From an uncultured bacterium (GTDB taxonomy: Bacteria > Verrucomicrobiota > Verrucomicrobiia > Limisphaerales > UBA8199): DNA of 64,000 nucleotides. Both the position numbers and the translations under genes were made by a program. The notes beneath the pieces are model-generated. The model ran no database searches, had not been told where the DNA came from, and was given only the letters and a program-made list of their open reading frames with translations. This document shows, in pieces, positions 62,203-64,000 of this stretch (position 1 is its first letter; each line of letters opens with the position of its first letter). The DNA is taken from NCBI GenBank assembly GCA_963749495.1, contig CAVVMW010000023.1:768001-832000 (forward strand), in the 5' to 3' direction.

Positions 62203-64000
62203 ATGCTGGGTGAAGTTGCACGCCGACTGGCGCGCCAGGTTCCTGAATGCCGCAACTGGGCATACGGGGCCCAGGCAACCTCGCTTCTAGTGCTGGCCAC
62301 GCCGCAGTTGGGCGTCTTGTCCCGCCTGATGCGGCCGGCCGCGTTGTGGCTGCCGGGAGGCGTTGTCATCCCCGAGGCCGCGCTGGGAGTGCTCACGGTT
62401 TCCCTGGGCAGCCTGATCGCTTCCAAGCTGGCGGTCAAAAACAACTGGCCCATCGCCCGGCCCCGCAAACGGGTCAAGAACCTGGAAATCACCCTGGGCG
62501 GCATGACCTTCAATGAACAGGCGCTCTTCACGAACATCATCGCCTTTGGCGCCATCGGCGCGGGCAAAACGGCGGCCGTCATTTATCCGATCCTCAACTC
62601 GATCACCGCCCTTTACAAAAACGAAGACCCCAAGGAACCGGACGCCAAGTGGGGCGGATTTGTCCTCGACGTTAAAGGCGATTTCCACGAGGCCCTGATA
62701 CTTCTAATGCAGAAACACGGCCGCGATCTCCTGGAGGACCTGGTCGTCATCCGCCCGGACAACGACTATTACATCCTGGAATTCGAGGAGGTCACGACGG
62801 GCGAGCATTTCCTGGTGAGTTGCATGGGCGGCACTTCAATGCAGGAATGCGACCTGGTCCTGGAAACGGCGGCGGGGCCTCCGGAGGTCATCACCACGGA
62901 CCCGTCCGGCAACAAGGTGCTGTTGCTGCAGGACGGCAGCGGGCAGGAGATGCTCTCCTCGCACATGTTCAGCGACCGCGGCACGTACCTGCGGCCGGAG
63001 GTTTACGCCCGGCTCAAACAACTCGAATTCGACGTGACCGGGAAGGCCATCCGCTGGCTTGGTTGGCGCGAGGAGAAAAGCGGCACGCTGAGCCGGGTTT
63101 CCCATACCCAGAAGCGCCAGCGCGTTTACGTTCGCGACGCCCGGGGCGGCATCGTCACGACCGAGAAACCCAAACGCCTGCGCTACCTGGGCGTGCATTC
63201 CATCAACAACGGCCTGACATACAACCTCGTGCCGCGCGGCGCCGCCTCCACGGAAGCCGCGGGCCGCATCATGTCGGTGGCCGAGGTCACCGGGAATTCG
63301 TTCGGCAGCGACAACGCCTACTGGGCGCAGGCCTCGGAAAAGCACATTGCCCATTGCATCGAGTTGTTCCGGCAGGTGGAAGGCCCCCAGGGCCGCGAAT
63401 GCAGCGTCAACGACATTCAGCGGTTCACGTCGAATGAAAACGATCTCAAAGAGTACCTGAACAAGCTCGAAGCCGTCATCCGCCGCAAACAGGAGATGGG
63501 GGCCAACGATTACGAAATCCTCCTGTTGCGCAACCTGAAGGACTACTTCCTGGGCGAGTGGGTGCCGCACGATCCCAAGACCAAGGGCAATATCATGTCG
63601 TGCGTGACCAACCTTTTCGGCGACGTGACGCGCAACGCGCAACTGCTGAAGACCTTTTGCCAGCCCTCCCGCTTCAGCTTCGAGGACTGCCTCAACAGCG
63701 GCAAGGTCTACACGCTGGTCTTGAGCGCCTATCCCAACGCGCAAATGCTGATCGGCACGTGCATGAAATTGGATTTCCAGCAGGTGGTCCTGAAGCGAAC
63801 CCAGGCCGCGCCGGTCAACAAGAAGCGGTTTCTTTGCTTCGTGGCCGACGAATACCAGTTCTTCATCACCACCTCCGGCGGCGGGGCCAGGTCGGGCGGA
63901 GACGAGAAGTTCCTGTCCCTCTCCCGCCAGTCGCGGATTCTGAACCTGGTCTGCACCCAGGCCAAGTCCATGCTGCTGGCGGTGCAGCGCGACGAGAACA
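62203..64000 (+). CDS. VirD4/TraD-like type IV coupling protein, runs off the window edge
   Basis: N-terminal hydrophobic segments, Walker A GAIGAGKT, GGFVLDVKGDF, YN.V, Walker B FVADEYQ and SRQSR...CTQ. Confidence 0.85.
   Translation, partial: MLGEVARRLARQVPECRNWAYGAQATSLLVLATPQLGVLSRLMRPAALWLPGGVVIPEAALGVLTVSLGSLIASKLAVKNNWPIARPRKRVKNLEITLGGMTFNEQALFTNIIAFGAIGAGKTAAVIYPILNSITALYKNEDPKEPDAKWGGFVLDVKGDFHEALILLMQKHGRDLLEDLVVIRPDNDYYILEFEEVTTGEHFLVSCMGGTSMQECDLVLETAAGPPEVITTDPSGNKVLLLQDGSGQEMLSSHMFSDRGTYLRPEVYARLKQLEFDVTGKAIRWLGWREEKSGTLSRVSHTQKRQRVYVRDARGGIVTTEKPKRLRYLGVHSINNGLTYNLVPRGAASTEAAGRIMSVAEVTGNSFGSDNAYWAQASEKHIAHCIELFRQVEGPQGRECSVNDIQRFTSNENDLKEYLNKLEAVIRRKQEMGANDYEILLLRNLKDYFLGEWVPHDPKTKGNIMSCVTNLFGDVTRNAQLLKTFCQPSRFSFEDCLNSGKVYTLVLSAYPNAQMLIGTCMKLDFQQVVLKRTQAAPVNKKRFLCFVADEYQFFITTSGGGARSGGDEKFLSLSRQSRILNLVCTQAKSMLLAVQRDEN

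Noticed and set aside
62820..63210. Intein in the coupling protein
   Set aside because: CMGGT is vaguely block-A-like, but there is no His-Asn followed by Cys/Ser/Thr and no other intein blocks.

Overview
GC-rich bacterial window. The RRM and HU proteins and the Lys/Arg-rich SAAGRKA..AAKKRWAK protein suggest Verrucomicrobiota (inference). It looks like part of a large integrative/conjugative element with a few host-type genes in the middle. (1) 1-16.4 kb, minus strand: an Ssp-type DNA phosphorothioation locus (DUF4007 sspB-like, ATPase sspC-like, PAPS-reductase sspD-like, cysteine desulfurase) followed by an FGH-like module. The F-like NTPase is preceded by, and probably fused to, an SBD(sulfur-binding)-NERD-pseudokinase-kinase protein. 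The sspC-like gene is split by a 2185-bp ISAs1-type IS with 13-bp IRs and a 10-bp TSD. (2) 17-21 kb: a JetD remnant, a FlgO-like lipoprotein, a DNA ligase-like gene and a tRNA-Gly 3' fragment. (3) 21-29.8 kb: a multi-ubiquitin/E2/JAB-E1 operon divergent from a tightly coupled six-gene operon (sigma-like factor, small partner, Cas4-like nuclease, apparently non-catalytic long Argonaute, helical protein, HEXXH protein). This is the best candidate for an undescribed system. (4) 30.7-34 kb: a PRTRC cassette. (5) 34.5-40 kb: host-like genes and a decayed tRNA-Phe. (6) 40-64 kb: phage/plasmid-like cargo, AbiV/PLD-like/trypsin genes beside integrase and terminase remnants, repeats, a HUH relaxase, a pilin and a VirD4-like coupling protein. 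Several genes carry frameshifts, which may be assembly errors or real decay. All family calls come from motif recognition by eye; no searches were run.
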